64,000 bases of DNA from Candidatus Onthoplasma sp. (GCA_045126575.1 JBGVOQ010000006.1:36498-100497), one strand, 5' to 3'; counted from the first letter of the stretch, positions 44,241 to 55,367 are shown. Notes: generated by a model from the sequence alone, not told the origin. Program-made: numbers and translations.

Positions 44241-47200
44241 GTGAAGTACGAATGGCTAAAGGTTCGGACAGATTGGTGTATTCCTATGATGTCAATCAAA
44301 CAGCAAGCGCACCGGTAGCATATGAGTATGTATTTAAAAATTCATTAAGCACTGAAATGGCGGTAAATATTAAGGAGATAGAGGTTACAGGAGCGACGGT
44401 GTCATATCAATGGAGCGATACTAAGCTAGATGAAATAACCCAAAGTGAATCACACTTTATCACCCAACCAATATCATCAAACGGAGCCAAGTATTTGTAT
44501 GTAGTGTTAACACCAGAAGATGAAGATGTTTCGGTGGTAGTAGATACAGAGATAAAGTGGAACTATGGCGAAGCCGGCAATATCACCAAAATACATACAG
44601 TAAGTGGCTTGCCATTTACTCAAACATATATCAAGAACATGCCAATTAATGAAGAAGACATGTTACTTCCAAACATGGAAGAAGGTTATGCCTTTGGCGG
44701 CTGGTACTGGGATGCAGACTATGTTCAGCCAGTACAGTTCCCACTAGCATATAGCGGCAAACAAATGTATGCCCGTGTAGGCTCACCACTCCCAGACGAC
44801 TGGTACGGCACGTATACCAGCTCCATCTCAGACCCATACTATCAAAAATATGGTGTTATTACAACAGGAACTCCGTTATCTACATTAAAAAGTCAGGATA
44901 TAATTATCCCAGAGGTGCATAATGGTCAGGAAGTTAAATTGATAAATGTGACACTCACTGATGCTACCAATATTAGAATACCGGATACGATGGAGAAGAT
45001 TAGTTATGCTTTTCAAAATAATACCAGTATTAAAGGAGCGTATATTCCTAAATCGGTTAAATATACAGACTCTACTTTCCGAAGTTGTACAAACTTAACT
45101 AAGGTTGTATTTGAGGAAGGTTTTGTGGGCTATATTAGCAGTTGTATTTTCCAAGGATGTAAAAGTTTAACAAGCATTTCAATTCCTGAGGGTGTTACAG
45201 TAATTGGTAGTTATGCGTTTGATGGATGTTATAATCTATCAGATGTTACTATTCCATCTACCATTACTGAGATTGGAGGTTATGCATTTTATAATTGCTC
45301 GGCATTAACAAATATATCAATTCCAGATTGCGTTACCAGCATAGGGGGGTATTCCTTTAACGGATGTAAAAGTTTGGTTGCTATAAAGATTCCATCTGCA
45401 CTTACCAGTTTAGGTAGCGCTGCATTTCAAAATTGTTCAAGCTTAACAGGTAGTATTATAATCCCTGAAGGTATTACACGTATTAATAGTAGTGTATTTG
45501 CAAATTGTACCAAGATATCATACATATCCATACCTAGCAGTGTGTCATATATAGACAGTTATGCATTTTCTAATTGTGACGGTATAACAGAGATGACTGT
45601 TCCAGCCAACTTAACAACATTGGGAAGTAATGTATTTAGCAATTGTGACAATCTTGTTAGTGTTATATTTGAGGATGGATGTAAGTTAACTAGCATACCG
45701 AGTCAAGCATTTGAGGTTAGCAACATTAGGAGTATCATAATACCTGAAAATGTCACTAAGATAGGTGATTACGCATTTCGAGGGTGTAAAAGTTTAACAA
45801 GTTTAGAGTTTGCTGGCGACAAACTTACCACCATAGGTAAACAGGCATTTAGTGATAGTTCATCACTCTATCGATTTGCATCGGTTAGTGGCACATTGGT
45901 AATACCTGCTAGTGTAACAACTATTGGTGACCATGCTTTCAAGAGTAACAAAATAGAAAATTTGATATTTGAGCCAAACAGTAAGTTAACAACTATTGGT
46001 CAATATGCGTTTGGTGGCAATAAAATACAAAATGATGTTATAATTCCTGATAGCGTTACCTCATTGGGTTCTAGTGCATTTTCAGCCAATTTAATGCAAA
46101 GAGTATATATTGGTTCTGGTATAACAACTGTTAGCTCGTCGGCATTTAGTAGTTGTAAAAATTTGACGGAGGTTACTTTTTCGCCCGATACTAAGGTTAC
46201 AAGTATAGGCAGTAGTGCATTTAGTCATTGTGAAAAGCTTGAAACTATAACCATCCCAGCCAGTGTCCAGACTATAGGCTCTAGTGCGTTTGGATATTGC
46301 TATAATTTAAGTTCTTTTAATTTTGAATCGGACAATACATTAACCACATTGAATTCTGGGGCTTTTAGAGAGTGTTATAAATTATCGAGTATAGATTTTC
46401 CATCATCATTAACAACGTTAGATCTTAGCGCAATTTATTATTGTCGCGGATTAGCTAGAATAGATATCCCTGAAGGGGTGGTTACTGTTACGGGTAGCCC
46501 ATACGATTGTTTTGGTGTAAATACTATAACAATTCCTGCTTCTGTAACTAGTGTTTCGACAGGAGTAATTAAAGAGTTTGATAATTTAAACTCCATAATC
46601 GTGCATGAGGATAACCCTATATATGATAGTAGGGATAATTGTAATGCGCTTATTGAAACTGCTACAAACACATTAATAGTTGCTTGTGGCAGTACAATAA
46701 TACCTAATGGTGTTACAAGTATTGGCACTGAAGCGTTTGCTAGTTGTACAAATTTTGTAAATATAGTAATACCAGATAGTGTAACAAGTATAGGTAATAG
46801 CGCATTTAGCCGCTGTACTAAATTAGAGAATGTGATATTCTCTAAGAATCTAATCAGTATAGGGGCTAAGGCTTTTTACGGATGCACGGAACTATTAAAG
46901 GTAGAACTTCCTGAAGGTGTAACCAGTATAGGAACTGATGCGTTTAGGGGATGTTCTAAGATAAAATCTATAATAATACCTAGTACTATTACTAGTATAG
47001 CAGATAATGCCTTTAATGGTTGTTCTCAGTTAAAAACAGTATATAATCTATCAGCTTTGGATATGACTGCGGGAAGTTCTACTCATGGATATGTGTCCTA
47101 TTATGCTACCAATATATATAATTCGATGGATGGAACTCAATCCATAGCATTTACTATTACATACACCGAAGTAGATGGCGGATTGGCAGTCACTGGATAT

Positions 47201-49630
47201 ACTGGTACACCTACGGAGGTTGTATTAGATAGCCGTACCATTAGGATAGATAGTAAAGCGTTTTATGATTGCGATACATTGCGTATCATAAGAATACCTG
47301 CCAGTGTACAAACTATAGGTTCTGAAGCATTTTATAGCTGTGGTGCTTTGAGGTCTGTATTATTTGAGGATGGTTCACAGCTAACAGGAATAAGGGAAGC
47401 AGCTTTTAGATATTCGAGTATATCAAATATAAACTTAGGTGTTTGTACTCAATTAAAAAGTATCACAGCAGATTATGTTTTTAGTTCCTGCGAAAGCCTT
47501 ACTCAAATAGTAATTCCTGAAAATCTAACACATTTTGGACTATATAGTACATTTTGGTTGTGTTACAACCTACGCACAGTATGCTGTCTAAATCCATCAC
47601 TACAACTAACATTAGGAAGCAGTTCTTTTGGCAGAGTGGCAGAATATGCTGAGGAAATAATATATGGTACAAGTTTAGTGAGTGATGAGTTTGTTCTAGA
47701 TAGCGTTAGATATTATAACGATGGTTTTTCAATTGATGTTATTAAATTGGATGATAAGTCGGTAACCAATGTTACCATACCTGAAGGGGTTACTGAAATT
47801 CCATCAGGATTGTTTAGTGGTTGTACCAATTTGGTTAGTGTTACAATACCTAGCACAGTTACCGTTATACCTAGTAATATGTTTAAAAATTGTGTTAATC
47901 TAGCAAGGGTTGTATTTGAAGAAGGTTCTCAACTAACTACAATAGATAGTAATGCCTTTTATAATTGTCTTTCACTAGTCAATCCCGTAATCCCAGATGG
48001 GGTGACAAAAATTGCTGCTAATGCATTCTATGGGTGTAGTGGTATAACTGAGATTAATTTGCCAGATAGTGTGGAGAATATAGGTCCTGATGCATTTAAT
48101 TACACCAACCTAACCGGTATTAAATTGCCTAAAAATTTAAAAAGTATTTCCGTGAGAGGAACTACTGGTGGCGGAGCTACATTTGGAACTAAACTGCAAG
48201 GCAAACTTGTGATACCTGCCAGTGTGACTTTTATAGGATATCGAGCGTTTTATGGATGTAATCAAATTACCGAAATTGAGTTTGAAAATGGTTCACAACT
48301 AACTGAGATTTATTCATACGCTTTTTCAGACATGAGAAATGTTAAAACTATAGAGCTACCTTCATCATTAACAAGTCTAAGAGAATATGCGTTCCGTAGT
48401 TGCGGATTAACTAGCGTAACATTTGAAGTTGGGCCAAATTCACTGTCTATAGGTGATTATGTGTTTAGCGCAAATAATATAACCAATCTGGTATTGCCTA
48501 AAAGACTATCCGGAATAGGCAAGTATGCATTTTCAGGTATCATAGGTGGCAAGGTGGTGATACCTTCCGCTGTAACTACAATTTCTAATTATGCATTTAG
48601 TGGCGGTAAATTTACCGAACTTCTATTTGAAGCCGGTTTACAAGCAACAACTATTGGTAGTTATGCATTTTATCAGTGTACAGAAATATCAAGTGTTACA
48701 ATACCAGCTAATGTAAAAACAATTAATACGTATGCGTTCCAAAAATGTTCTAATCTAAAACATCTATCATTTGCAGGCAATAGTAAACTGCAATACATTA
48801 AAGATTATGCGTTTCAGGGTTGTAACTTACAAGGAACCCTAGTATTACCATCAGGATTATTAAATATTGGCGCAAGTGCTTTTTCGGATTGTAACTTACA
48901 AGGAACCCTAGTATTACCATCAGGATTATTAAATATTGGCGCAAGTGCTTTTTCGGGTTGTAACTTACAAGGAACCCTAGTATTACCATCAGGATTATTA
49001 ACTATTGGCGCAAGTGCATTTAGTGGAAATTCGCAATTGATAGGTAAACTAATTATTCCTGCTAGTGTAACGAGCATAGGTTCTGATGCGTTTAATAGGT
49101 GTTGCAATTTTACGGGTATAGTAGTGGAAAGTGGCAATACTGTATACGATAGCCGTGATAATTGTAATGCAATTATCGAAACTGCAACAGGTGCTTTGCT
49201 TAAGGGCTGTAATATGACATCAACTATTCCTTCTGGAGTAACTAGCATAGCAAATAATGCATTTAGAGAGTGTGCTAATTTGGTTAAAATATCAATTCCT
49301 GCAAGTGTAACAAGTATTGGTGAGTATGCATTTAATAGCTGTTCAAAATTGACCACTGTAACAATCGAATCAAATTCCCAACTAACTACGATAGGTGGCT
49401 ATTCATTCCAAAATTGCTCTAGTTTACAGGGTATAACTATTCCTGCAAGTGTAACAAGTATTGGAAGCGCTGCATTTAATATTACTAACGGAACATTTAA
49501 ATCTGCTATATTTGAGATGACTGAAGGGTGGAAATCTGGTTCTAAAGAAATAAGTGCAACAGACCTAGTAAACCCAGCTACTGCTGCAACTACCCTAACA
49601 AACAACTCAAACCGATGGACTAGAAGTTAG
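44060..49630 (+). CDS. Giant BspA-type leucine-rich-repeat surface protein, paralog of 16311-23123
   Basis: 1856 aa. Same N-terminal anchor, about 290-aa N-domain and C-terminal EGWKxGS...WTRS end; different LRR array. Confidence 0.9.
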   Translation: MKAKRIAIGLGIAVTTILAVVVGVLGFNKGGKTEPQIFAQPHNQGLVAEEFKPTTYYFDDGEVRMAKGSDRLVYSYDVNQTASAPVAYEYVFKNSLSTEMAVNIKEIEVTGATVSYQWSDTKLDEITQSESHFITQPISSNGAKYLYVVLTPEDEDVSVVVDTEIKWNYGEAGNITKIHTVSGLPFTQTYIKNMPINEEDMLLPNMEEGYAFGGWYWDADYVQPVQFPLAYSGKQMYARVGSPLPDDWYGTYTSSISDPYYQKYGVITTGTPLSTLKSQDIIIPEVHNGQEVKLINVTLTDATNIRIPDTMEKISYAFQNNTSIKGAYIPKSVKYTDSTFRSCTNLTKVVFEEGFVGYISSCIFQGCKSLTSISIPEGVTVIGSYAFDGCYNLSDVTIPSTITEIGGYAFYNCSALTNISIPDCVTSIGGYSFNGCKSLVAIKIPSALTSLGSAAFQNCSSLTGSIIIPEGITRINSSVFANCTKISYISIPSSVSYIDSYAFSNCDGITEMTVPANLTTLGSNVFSNCDNLVSVIFEDGCKLTSIPSQAFEVSNIRSIIIPENVTKIGDYAFRGCKSLTSLEFAGDKLTTIGKQAFSDSSSLYRFASVSGTLVIPASVTTIGDHAFKSNKIENLIFEPNSKLTTIGQYAFGGNKIQNDVIIPDSVTSLGSSAFSANLMQRVYIGSGITTVSSSAFSSCKNLTEVTFSPDTKVTSIGSSAFSHCEKLETITIPASVQTIGSSAFGYCYNLSSFNFESDNTLTTLNSGAFRECYKLSSIDFPSSLTTLDLSAIYYCRGLARIDIPEGVVTVTGSPYDCFGVNTITIPASVTSVSTGVIKEFDNLNSIIVHEDNPIYDSRDNCNALIETATNTLIVACGSTIIPNGVTSIGTEAFASCTNFVNIVIPDSVTSIGNSAFSRCTKLENVIFSKNLISIGAKAFYGCTELLKVELPEGVTSIGTDAFRGCSKIKSIIIPSTITSIADNAFNGCSQLKTVYNLSALDMTAGSSTHGYVSYYATNIYNSMDGTQSIAFTITYTEVDGGLAVTGYTGTPTEVVLDSRTIRIDSKAFYDCDTLRIIRIPASVQTIGSEAFYSCGALRSVLFEDGSQLTGIREAAFRYSSISNINLGVCTQLKSITADYVFSSCESLTQIVIPENLTHFGLYSTFWLCYNLRTVCCLNPSLQLTLGSSSFGRVAEYAEEIIYGTSLVSDEFVLDSVRYYNDGFSIDVIKLDDKSVTNVTIPEGVTEIPSGLFSGCTNLVSVTIPSTVTVIPSNMFKNCVNLARVVFEEGSQLTTIDSNAFYNCLSLVNPVIPDGVTKIAANAFYGCSGITEINLPDSVENIGPDAFNYTNLTGIKLPKNLKSISVRGTTGGGATFGTKLQGKLVIPASVTFIGYRAFYGCNQITEIEFENGSQLTEIYSYAFSDMRNVKTIELPSSLTSLREYAFRSCGLTSVTFEVGPNSLSIGDYVFSANNITNLVLPKRLSGIGKYAFSGIIGGKVVIPSAVTTISNYAFSGGKFTELLFEAGLQATTIGSYAFYQCTEISSVTIPANVKTINTYAFQKCSNLKHLSFAGNSKLQYIKDYAFQGCNLQGTLVLPSGLLNIGASAFSDCNLQGTLVLPSGLLNIGASAFSGCNLQGTLVLPSGLLTIGASAFSGNSQLIGKLIIPASVTSIGSDAFNRCCNFTGIVVESGNTVYDSRDNCNAIIETATGALLKGCNMTSTIPSGVTSIANNAFRECANLVKISIPASVTSIGEYAFNSCSKLTTVTIESNSQLTTIGGYSFQNCSSLQGITIPASVTSIGSAAFNITNGTFKSAIFEMTEGWKSGSKEISATDLVNPATAATTLTNNSNRWTRS
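48821..49027 (+). repeat. Three tandem, nearly perfect in-frame 69-bp repeats (CNLQGTLVLPSGLLNIGASAFSx)
   Basis: Unit starts at 48821, 48890 and 48959. Units 1 and 2 differ at one position; unit 3 differs at a few. Confidence 0.9.
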
Positions 49631-49636
49631 GTTTAT

Positions 49637-49656
49637 GGTTGGATTAATCTAACTAA
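49637..49656 (+). promoter_or_regulatory. Second copy of the conserved post-stop motif GGTTGGATTAATCTAACTAA
   Basis: See 23132-23152. Confidence 0.4.
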
Positions 49657-49844
49657 GCAGTTGGTGGTTGAGGTTGATAAGCAATAAAAAGAGAGTTGGT
49701 TTAGTTAACTCTCTTTTTGTATGACCAAGTGTGTTATAAATCGGAAATGTACATATTGGTTGCTTGTGAAAATAAATGCACAATTATTACATATAGTTTA
49801 CGTGACTAGGCGCAAAGATTTTTTGAAAAGACTATGTTTTTTGC

Positions 49845-49879
49845 TTTACAAATATATGGAATTAGGCTATTATATAACT
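49845..49879 (+). promoter_or_regulatory. Promoter TTTACA-17-TATTAT placed 6 nt before the pta ATG (probable leaderless mRNA)
   Basis: No SD precedes the ATG at 49880. Confidence 0.4.
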
Positions 49880-50854
49880 ATGGATATTATCGATAAATTA
49901 TATATGAGAGCTAAGGCTAAGAAGGGTACAATTGTATTACCTGAGGCTGTTCTGGATGAAAGGGTGATGAAGGCGTGTAAGATGATTGTTTCGGACGCTT
50001 TTTGTAACCTTGTGCTTATTGGTCAAAAGGAGCAGTTCCCGGTTGAACTTAAAAATAGTCCTTATGTAAAGATTGTTAATCCTGCCACATATTCCCGCAT
50101 GGACGAGATGCTGGACCTATTTATTGAAAAGCGTAAGAAAAATAACTACACACGTGAACAGGCGTTGGATATTGTTATGGAGCCTAGTTATTTTGGTACA
50201 ATGCTTGTGGAAATGGGCGAGGCAGATGGTATGGTGATAGGTGCATATTACACTTCGGCAGACGCCTTGCGTCCAGCGCTTCAAATTATCAAGGGCAAAA
50301 AGGGACAACGTGTGGTTGGTTCTATGATTATTGACCGAGATGATTTTGTGGAGCCATATCTATATATGGACGTGTCGTTAAACGAAAACCCAGACCAGCA
50401 ACAACTTGCTGAAATTGCCATTGCCGGTGCAGATTTCTATCATAATGTAATTAATCGCGACCCTAAGGTTGCATTTATGTCATATTCAACTTTTGGAAGT
50501 GCAGAAAGTGATATGGTGTTAAAGATGCGCAATGCAGCTCAAATTGCTAAGGAAAATAGTGACTACATTATAGAGGGCGAGATGCAGTTTGATGCGGCGG
50601 TGGTTCCAGAGGTTGCACGTACTAAGTGTCCAAGTTCAAAGATTATGGGTAAGGCTAACGTTTTTGTGTTTCCAGACCTAAATTGTGGAAATATTGCATA
50701 CAAAATTTCACAGAGGTTGGGTGGATGTAAGGCGACTGGCCCAATTATGATTAATTTTAATCACCCAGTAAATGATTTATCTCGAGGTTGCTCGGTAAAT
50801 GATATTTATAACACAGTTGTTATAACAAAATTACAAATTGAAGGAGAAAAATAA
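49880..50854 (+). CDS. pta: Phosphate acetyltransferase
   Basis: MDIIDKLYMRAKAKKGTIVLPEA, SYSTFGS, PDLNCGNIAYK. The track ORF's 53-codon N-terminal extension was rejected. Confidence 0.9.
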   Translation: MDIIDKLYMRAKAKKGTIVLPEAVLDERVMKACKMIVSDAFCNLVLIGQKEQFPVELKNSPYVKIVNPATYSRMDEMLDLFIEKRKKNNYTREQALDIVMEPSYFGTMLVEMGEADGMVIGAYYTSADALRPALQIIKGKKGQRVVGSMIIDRDDFVEPYLYMDVSLNENPDQQQLAEIAIAGADFYHNVINRDPKVAFMSYSTFGSAESDMVLKMRNAAQIAKENSDYIIEGEMQFDAAVVPEVARTKCPSSKIMGKANVFVFPDLNCGNIAYKISQRLGGCKATGPIMINFNHPVNDLSRGCSVNDIYNTVVITKLQIEGEK

Positions 50855-50857
50855 GGT

Positions 50858-52048
50858 ATGAAAATATTGGTAATTAATGCTGGTAGCTCTTCGTTAAAGG
50901 CTCAGCTAATTGACAGTAAAACATCAAAAGTTTATGCAAAGTGCACATGTGAACGTATTGGTCTTGACAATTCGTTTATTAAATTTGAAAGCGATAAGGG
51001 TAAAACTAAACTTGACTATGAAATGAAGGAGCATAGTGACGCAATCAAGGGTTTGATTGAACTATTGCTTAGTGATGACTATGGCTGCATCAAAAATATG
51101 AATGAGATTGATGCTATTGGTCACCGTATGGTTCATGGTGGTGAAAAGTTTGTAAAGTCTGTTGTGTTAGATGAAAATACTCTTAAATCTTTTGAGGAAA
51201 TTATAGACCTTGCACCATTGCATAATCCTGCACATATTGTTGGTATGCGTGCTTGTATGGAGGCTATGCCTGATAAGAAAAATGTTGTGGTTTTTGATAC
51301 ATCATTCCATGCCACAATGCCTAAAAAAGCTTATATGTATGCAATCCCATACGAGATGTATACAAAACATCAAATTCGCCGTTATGGATTCCATGGAAGT
51401 TCTCATAGATATGTATCTGAAAAGCTAGGCGAGATTATGGGTGGATTAAAGGGTAAAAAGGTTATTTCTTGTCACCTAGGTAATGGTAGCAGCGTTACCG
51501 CAATTAAGGACGGAAAAAGTATTGATACATCAATGGGCTTTACTCCTCTTGCTGGTGTGGTTATGGGTACACGTTCAGGCGATATTGATCCATCTATCGT
51601 TCAACAAATTATGAAACTTAAAAATATGGATATCGACCAAACTATCAATTATTTAAATAAACAAAGTGGTTTGCTTGGCATTAATGGCGAAAGCAGCGAT
51701 ATGCGTGACATTGATGAAAAGCACACAACTGATGCAAGATACAAACTAAGCTTTGATATGTTGTGTTACAGTATCAAAAAGTATGTTGGTGCCTACACTG
51801 CTGTTATGGGTGGGGTGGACGCAATTATCTTTACTGGTGGCATTGGCGAAAATGACGAGTTTGTACGTGCCGAAGTTATGAAAGATATGGAATATCTTGG
51901 AATTGATTTTGACTTTGATAAAAACAACTCACTTCCACGTGGTACAATTGAATGTTTAACCAAGGAAAATTCTAAGGTTAAGGTATATCGTATACCAACA
52001 GATGAGGAATTTATTATTGCTCGTGATACTGAAATGTTGGTAAAGTAA
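50858..52048 (+). CDS. ackA: Acetate kinase
   Basis: ILVINAGSSSLK, HRMVHGG, FHGSSH, FTGGIGEN. Confidence 0.95.
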   Translation: MKILVINAGSSSLKAQLIDSKTSKVYAKCTCERIGLDNSFIKFESDKGKTKLDYEMKEHSDAIKGLIELLLSDDYGCIKNMNEIDAIGHRMVHGGEKFVKSVVLDENTLKSFEEIIDLAPLHNPAHIVGMRACMEAMPDKKNVVVFDTSFHATMPKKAYMYAIPYEMYTKHQIRRYGFHGSSHRYVSEKLGEIMGGLKGKKVISCHLGNGSSVTAIKDGKSIDTSMGFTPLAGVVMGTRSGDIDPSIVQQIMKLKNMDIDQTINYLNKQSGLLGINGESSDMRDIDEKHTTDARYKLSFDMLCYSIKKYVGAYTAVMGGVDAIIFTGGIGENDEFVRAEVMKDMEYLGIDFDFDKNNSLPRGTIECLTKENSKVKVYRIPTDEEFIIARDTEMLVK

Positions 52049-52072
52049 GTATCAACTTAATGTTTGATTGAT

Positions 52073-52112
52073 AAAAAATACGCTTAAAGGTTGGTTTAAG
52101 CGTATTTTTTTT
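52073..52112. terminator. Bidirectional Rho-independent terminator
   Basis: A-run, tacgcttaaa-ggttgg-tttaagcgta, T-run. Confidence 0.8.
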
Positions 52113-52118
52113 GTTGTC

Positions 52119-52568
52119 CTATTCGGTTGGTATTACACCTATTGCAAAATATGAAATAAATCCAATGACTGAGCATACTATACCTATTATTGCAAGCACC
52201 TTATGTACAGGTAGTAAAACGATAAATCTTGCTATTAGTAATGCAAATAGTACGCACTCGATAAATGTTGTTAACACTTTTTGAGTTCTGTGTTTACCAT
52301 GTTTTACAACGCCTTTTCCTTTCTTGGCATCTTCAATCCAATTTGCTCCATATGTTTTACCTCCCACCAAATGCTCTATAAATCTGTTGGAGATTAAAGC
52401 AAAGGTTGGAAGCAGCGGTATCCATATTAGGCTAAATGCAGGCTTTGATATATAAAATTCCAAATATACCAAAAGGCCCAATAAGCCTATTACAATAATC
52501 GACATAATCACAATAGATACGATGGACAAAACCTTTCCTAAGGTTGTTGAAAATTTTGAATCCTTCAT
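52119..52568 (-). CDS. Hypothetical polytopic membrane protein
   Basis: 4 hydrophobic segments; start set at MKDSKF (gagg SD). Confidence 0.5.
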   Translation of the reverse strand: MKDSKFSTTLGKVLSIVSIVIMSIIVIGLLGLLVYLEFYISKPAFSLIWIPLLPTFALISNRFIEHLVGGKTYGANWIEDAKKGKGVVKHGKHRTQKVLTTFIECVLFALLIARFIVLLPVHKVLAIIGIVCSVIGFISYFAIGVIPTE

Positions 52569-52745
52569 AAAACCTCGCTTATTACCTACATTATAACATA
52601 AAGGTTTTGTATTTGTATCTAAATTTAACAAAGTTTTTAAAATTGTTTCAGTTGTAGAACGTTATTTGCTTAATAATGTTTGTATAAAATGGTTTAATAA
52701 TTGCATTTGTTTTGATATATGTGAAGTTTGTGGTATAATTTAGCT

Positions 52746-53624
52746 ATGAAGAAATGGATTAAAAATAACACTACAAGTTTAGCAGGCGTAACCGTTGCCA
52801 TAACAGGTGCAACGGGTGGTTTAGGCGTTGAGATTTGTAAACATTTGGCATCATGTGGTGCTAACCTTATACTAGTCAACAGAAATTTGGCTAAAAGTGA
52901 GCAGCTTAAGAATGAGTTGCTTAAAATTTTTCCTAACATAGTTATAGATATAATTGTTGCTAACCTTTGTGAGTTTGGAAGTGTGAAAAATGCAACCGAA
53001 CAATTAAAGCAATATAAGGTTGATGTATTAATACTAAATGCGGGTATATATTGCGTGCCACGATATACTAGCGATTTTGGATATGATAATGTATTTACCA
53101 CAAACTTTGTTTCACACTACTATATGGTTAAACAGTTGCTACCAACTTTAAAAAAATCCGATAAAGGTAGGGTGGTGGCGGTTGGCAGCATTGCTCATAA
53201 CTATACCAAGTTAAATGAAGGAGATATAGATTTTGCTTCAAACCCAAAGCATAGCAAAGTGTACGGCAATTCGAAGCGGTTTTTGATGTTTGCTTTATAT
53301 GAGTTATTTAAAGGTGAGGATAAAGTAAAATTAAGTGTAGTTCATCCTGGTGTTACGTTTACCAATATTACCAATCACTATCCTAAATTGATTTATGCTT
53401 TAATTAAATACCCAATGAAATTTCTGTTCCCATCACCAAAGCGTGCGAGCTTAAATATATTGGCAGGTGTGTTTAGGGATACAGATTATCATTGTTGGAT
53501 AGGACCTAAAATATTTAGTGTTTGGGGCAAACCAAAACTATCCAAACTAAAAACGTGTAGTATACAGGAAAGTAGTAAAATATTTAAAATATCAGAAAAT
53601 ATATACAATAAAATAATTAAATAA
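52746..53624 (+). CDS. Short-chain dehydrogenase/reductase (SDR) family oxidoreductase
   Basis: ITGATGGLG, NAG, Y..SK. TGgTATAAT lies 6 nt before the ATG (probable leaderless). Confidence 0.85.
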   Translation: MKKWIKNNTTSLAGVTVAITGATGGLGVEICKHLASCGANLILVNRNLAKSEQLKNELLKIFPNIVIDIIVANLCEFGSVKNATEQLKQYKVDVLILNAGIYCVPRYTSDFGYDNVFTTNFVSHYYMVKQLLPTLKKSDKGRVVAVGSIAHNYTKLNEGDIDFASNPKHSKVYGNSKRFLMFALYELFKGEDKVKLSVVHPGVTFTNITNHYPKLIYALIKYPMKFLFPSPKRASLNILAGVFRDTDYHCWIGPKIFSVWGKPKLSKLKTCSIQESSKIFKISENIYNKIIK

Positions 53625-53831
53625 AAAATAAAACAACTTATAAAGCATTAATAAATTATTAAAAAACCACACAAATTGCTCGTTTGCAATAAAAATAATA
53701 AGAAATTTAACCATTTTATGGCATTTTTAGATATTTTATTTGTTTGAATTAATATTTTTTAATTTAATTTTAAATTTATTTGACAAAAAACTTTATAAGT
53801 TTTATTATTTAAATAGGAGGGTGGTTTTCAC

Positions 53832-54758
53832 ATGCAGTTTAATCATATATCAGTGTTAAAGCAGGAAAGTATAGATGGATTAAATATTAAGCCTGATGGC
53901 ATCTATGTGGATTGCACATTGGGTGGTGGTGGCCATTCGCTTGAGATTGCTAAAAGATTGACAACTGGGCGATTGATATGTTTTGACAAAGATGAAGATG
54001 CTATCGAGTATGCTAGTGGAGTTTTAAATCAGCACTTAAACAAAATAACTATTATTCATGACAATTTCAAAAACATTAAACAAAGATTATACGAGTTAGG
54101 TGTTGAAAAGGTCGATGGTATACTATGTGACCTTGGGGTGTCATCATATCAACTAGATACTGCGGAACGTGGATTTAGTTATCGCTATGATGCAAAGTTG
54201 GATATGCGTATGGATAAATCCAAGGGCATTAGCGCATATGATGTAGTTAATACTTACAGCGACAAGGAGTTGCAAAAAATATTGTTTAGTTATGGCGAGG
54301 AGAAAAATACTTTTGCCATTGTAAAAAAGATAATTGCTAATCGCAAAATTAAACCGATAGAAACAACTTTCGAATTAAAGGATATTGTTACAAGTTGTTA
54401 TCCTCCAAAGGACCGCAACAAGCCAGCACTATGTAACAAGGTGTTTCAGGCTATTCGTATTGAGGTAAACAACGAATTGGACGACCTTGATAGTTTGGAG
54501 GATATGATTAGTTTGCTAAACACCGAGGGTAGACTTTGTATTATCACATTCCATCCATTAGAGGATAGGATTTGTAAAAATTTGTTTAGGCTTCATGCCA
54601 CAGGTTGTTTGTGTCCTGCAAATTTCCCTAAGTGTGTATGTGGTCACAAGGCTGACATTAAACTTATTAGCCGCAAACCGGTTATGCCGTCCGTGGAGGA
54701 GTTGGAACACAATTCGCGCTCAGCAAGTGCTAAGTTAAGAATTATAGAGCGTATATAA
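53832..54758 (+). CDS. rsmH: 16S rRNA (cytosine1402-N4)-methyltransferase
   Basis: HISVL, DCTLGGGGHS, DLGVSS. Confidence 0.95.
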   Translation: MQFNHISVLKQESIDGLNIKPDGIYVDCTLGGGGHSLEIAKRLTTGRLICFDKDEDAIEYASGVLNQHLNKITIIHDNFKNIKQRLYELGVEKVDGILCDLGVSSYQLDTAERGFSYRYDAKLDMRMDKSKGISAYDVVNTYSDKELQKILFSYGEEKNTFAIVKKIIANRKIKPIETTFELKDIVTSCYPPKDRNKPALCNKVFQAIRIEVNNELDDLDSLEDMISLLNTEGRLCIITFHPLEDRICKNLFRLHATGCLCPANFPKCVCGHKADIKLISRKPVMPSVEELEHNSRSASAKLRIIERI

Positions 54759-54787
54759 TAAAAAAAATAAAAGAGGAGGGGTAGATT

Positions 54788-55330
54788 ATGGACGAACAAA
54801 AGCAAAAATCTGTTATGACCGATAAAGATTTTGAAATCGAAAATATGCAGGAATTTTTGTTGGAAAATCAAGATATTAAGCTTGAAAACTTGCCTAAGTA
54901 TGAAGATTTAATACAGCCAACAACTGTCCAAGCTAAAGAGCTGGAAAATATGCAGGAAGTTAACAATTTACCTTTCTTTGAAACTAAGTTACAGCCAAAG
55001 CAGGAACCTAAGGTTAACAAAACTGCAAAAAGGCGTTTTAAAATTGCTGCAAGTTGCTTTGCTGTGGTGGGTGTGTTGTTGTTTGGATTAACAATGATTA
55101 ATGGCGTTGCCTTAGCGTTGGCTGCCGGCCAAAGAACAGACAATCAAAAGGAAATAACCACCCTTACGCAAGAAGTGGACGAACTAAAAGGTGATGTGGA
55201 CGATATGATTGGTGGAGATGCCGAAAAGGTTAGATACAAACTTGCATTACCACGTAATTATCCGGACGATACATCAGAACTTACTTGGTTTGACAAACTT
55301 AGCATATTCTTAATGAAACTATTTGGTTAA
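54788..55330 (+). CDS. FtsL-like bitopic cell-division protein (positional call)
   Basis: Single TM (FKIAASCFAVVGVLLFGLTMI) followed by a coiled segment; located between rsmH and the class B PBP. Confidence 0.45.
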   Translation: MDEQKQKSVMTDKDFEIENMQEFLLENQDIKLENLPKYEDLIQPTTVQAKELENMQEVNNLPFFETKLQPKQEPKVNKTAKRRFKIAASCFAVVGVLLFGLTMINGVALALAAGQRTDNQKEITTLTQEVDELKGDVDDMIGGDAEKVRYKLALPRNYPDDTSELTWFDKLSIFLMKLFG

Positions 55331-55367
55331 AATGCATAAATAAAAGGATTGTAAAATAAATTTAGGT

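Noticed and set aside
49721-49879. The 53-codon N-terminal extension of pta in the ORF track
   Set aside because: Pta homologs start at MDxIxKL...IVLPE. The extension covers the terminator and promoter region downstream of the LRR gene.
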